Assembly (NCBI GenBank): GCA_018654605.1
Contig: JABILG010000018.1
Location: 24,702-88,701, forward strand
Source: a bacterium
GTDB lineage: Bacteria > Desulfobacterota_D > UBA1144
DNA length: 64,000 bases
Reading direction: 5' to 3'
Part shown: piece after piece, positions 63,144 through 64,000 of the stretch
How the letters are laid out: every line of letters starts with the position of its first letter
How positions within the stretch are numbered: position 1 is the stretch's first letter
The notes under the pieces: generated by a model
What the model saw: the letters and a program-made list of their open reading frames with translations, nothing else
The model's database searches: none
Told to the model about the DNA's origin: nothing
Position numbers and translations under genes: made by a program

Positions 63144-63884
63144 TTAAGTGTATAAACCACCGTTAATTTTTAAAACTTCTCCAGTTATATATGATGAATC
63201 ATCTGAAGCTAAAAACAATACAGCTTTAGCAACATCTTCAGGCTTTCCGAATCTTGAGAGTGGGATTATTTCTTTATATTTATCTTTAATACTATCTGAT
63301 AATACTTCTGTAATTTCTGTCTCAATAAAGCCAGGCGTAATTGCGTTAACATTTATATTCTTTGAGCCTAATTCTTTAGCTAAAGACTTTGTAAACCCAA
63401 TTAGTGCGGACTTAGTTGAAGAATAATTAACCTGTCCAGGGTTACCCATCTCACCTACTACTGATGATATATTAATTATCTTTCCATATTGATTTTTCAG
63501 CATCGTCCTGACAACATTCTTTGTGCAATTAAAAACGCCTTTTGTGTTAGTTTCAAAAACCTCGTCCCACTGACTTTCCTTCATTCTCATAAACAGAGAA
63601 TCTCTAGTAATTCCTGCGTTATTAACTAAAATATCAATTCTTCCGTATTTATCAATTAAAGATTTTATCTTTTCTTCCACTATAGAATAATCAGATACGT
63701 CAAATCCTACCACCTCACCAGTTCCATTGCTTTCTTCTATTTCTTCTAAGACTTTACCAGCTGAGTCACGAGAATTTGAATAATTAATAAGCACAGTAGC
63801 ACCGGCCTTGGCTAATTCTATACAGATTGAACTACCTATTCCTCTAGACCCACCTGTAACTAATGCAATTCTACCTTCTAACAT
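63144..63884 (-). CDS. fabG: 3-oxoacyl-ACP reductase
   Basis: Start at the internal MLEGRIALVTGGSRGIG; the ORF track begins at an upstream GTG. SDR family. Confidence 0.85.
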   Translation of the reverse strand: MLEGRIALVTGGSRGIGSSICIELAKAGATVLINYSNSRDSAGKVLEEIEESNGTGEVVGFDVSDYSIVEEKIKSLIDKYGRIDILVNNAGITRDSLFMRMKESQWDEVFETNTKGVFNCTKNVVRTMLKNQYGKIINISSVVGEMGNPGQVNYSSTKSALIGFTKSLAKELGSKNINVNAITPGFIETEITEVLSDSIKDKYKEIIPLSRFGKPEDVAKAVLFLASDDSSYITGEVLKINGGLYT

Positions 63885-63885
63885 T

Positions 63886-64000
63886 TTAGATTTTTTCCAA
63901 ATCGGCTTTTTCACCGAAATTTAAAGTTTCACATTCTGGCACTATTCTTTTAATTAATCCAGTCAAAACATTTTTGGGGCCAATTTCCATAAATGACTTA
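63886..64000 (-). CDS. fabD: malonyl CoA-ACP transacylase, C-terminal fragment; 5' end lies outside the window
   Basis: By manual translation the minus strand to the window edge reads ...EIGPKNVLTGLIKRIVPECETLNFGEKADLEKI*, which is the FabD C-terminal signature (GPGKVLTGL.KRI). Confidence 0.6.
   Translation of the reverse strand, partial: KSFMEIGPKNVLTGLIKRIVPECETLNFGEKADLEKI

Overview
This 64 kb window is very AT-rich and almost entirely core genome from a compact, streamlined bacterium. Coding density is near 95%, most junctions are 0-40 nt or overlap, and about 50 kb is transcribed from the minus strand. EF-Tu ([20 protein letters not shown] block) and the RpoC N-terminus ([10 protein letters not shown]) look alphaproteobacterial, so a low-GC marine alphaproteobacterium (SAR11-like) is a reasonable guess, but I cannot prove it from sequence alone.

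Content, reading the minus strand from 64000 down:
- fabD (3' end), fabG, acpP, fabF, rpiB, then secE, nusG, rplK, rplA, rplJ, rplL, rpoB, rpoC, valS.
- A plus-strand block purL, purF; then mnmA and an mtaB-like radical-SAM gene (minus), aspS (plus), era (minus) and a crotonase (plus).
- A small islet of lineage-specific genes: two tandem paralogous Cys-motif proteins, a 75-aa ORF and a HisE/MazG-like protein.
- rpoZ, a Nudix (CoA-pyrophosphatase type), ssb, glmU, glmS, purD.
- The str operon (rpsL, rpsG, fusA, tuf), then S10, spc and alpha operons running from rpsJ to rplQ. This cluster includes adk, map and infA, has a short 61-aa S14, and lacks L30 and L36.
- An LLM flavin oxidoreductase fused directly behind rplQ, then ubiE and an MTHFR-like gene on the plus strand, a secreted ApbE-like flavin transferase, a 362-aa unknown, ccmH, ccmG, a malic enzyme, ccdA, pepA, ilvE, a GT4 glycosyltransferase and the 3' end of der.

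I found no rRNA, tRNA, CRISPR, transposase, integrase or phage-like genes; intergenic gaps are too short to hold them. The most unusual material is the 36.2-37.9 kb islet, the folate/LLM/ApbE corner at 7-11.7 kb, and the way classical r-protein leader regions have been squeezed out.
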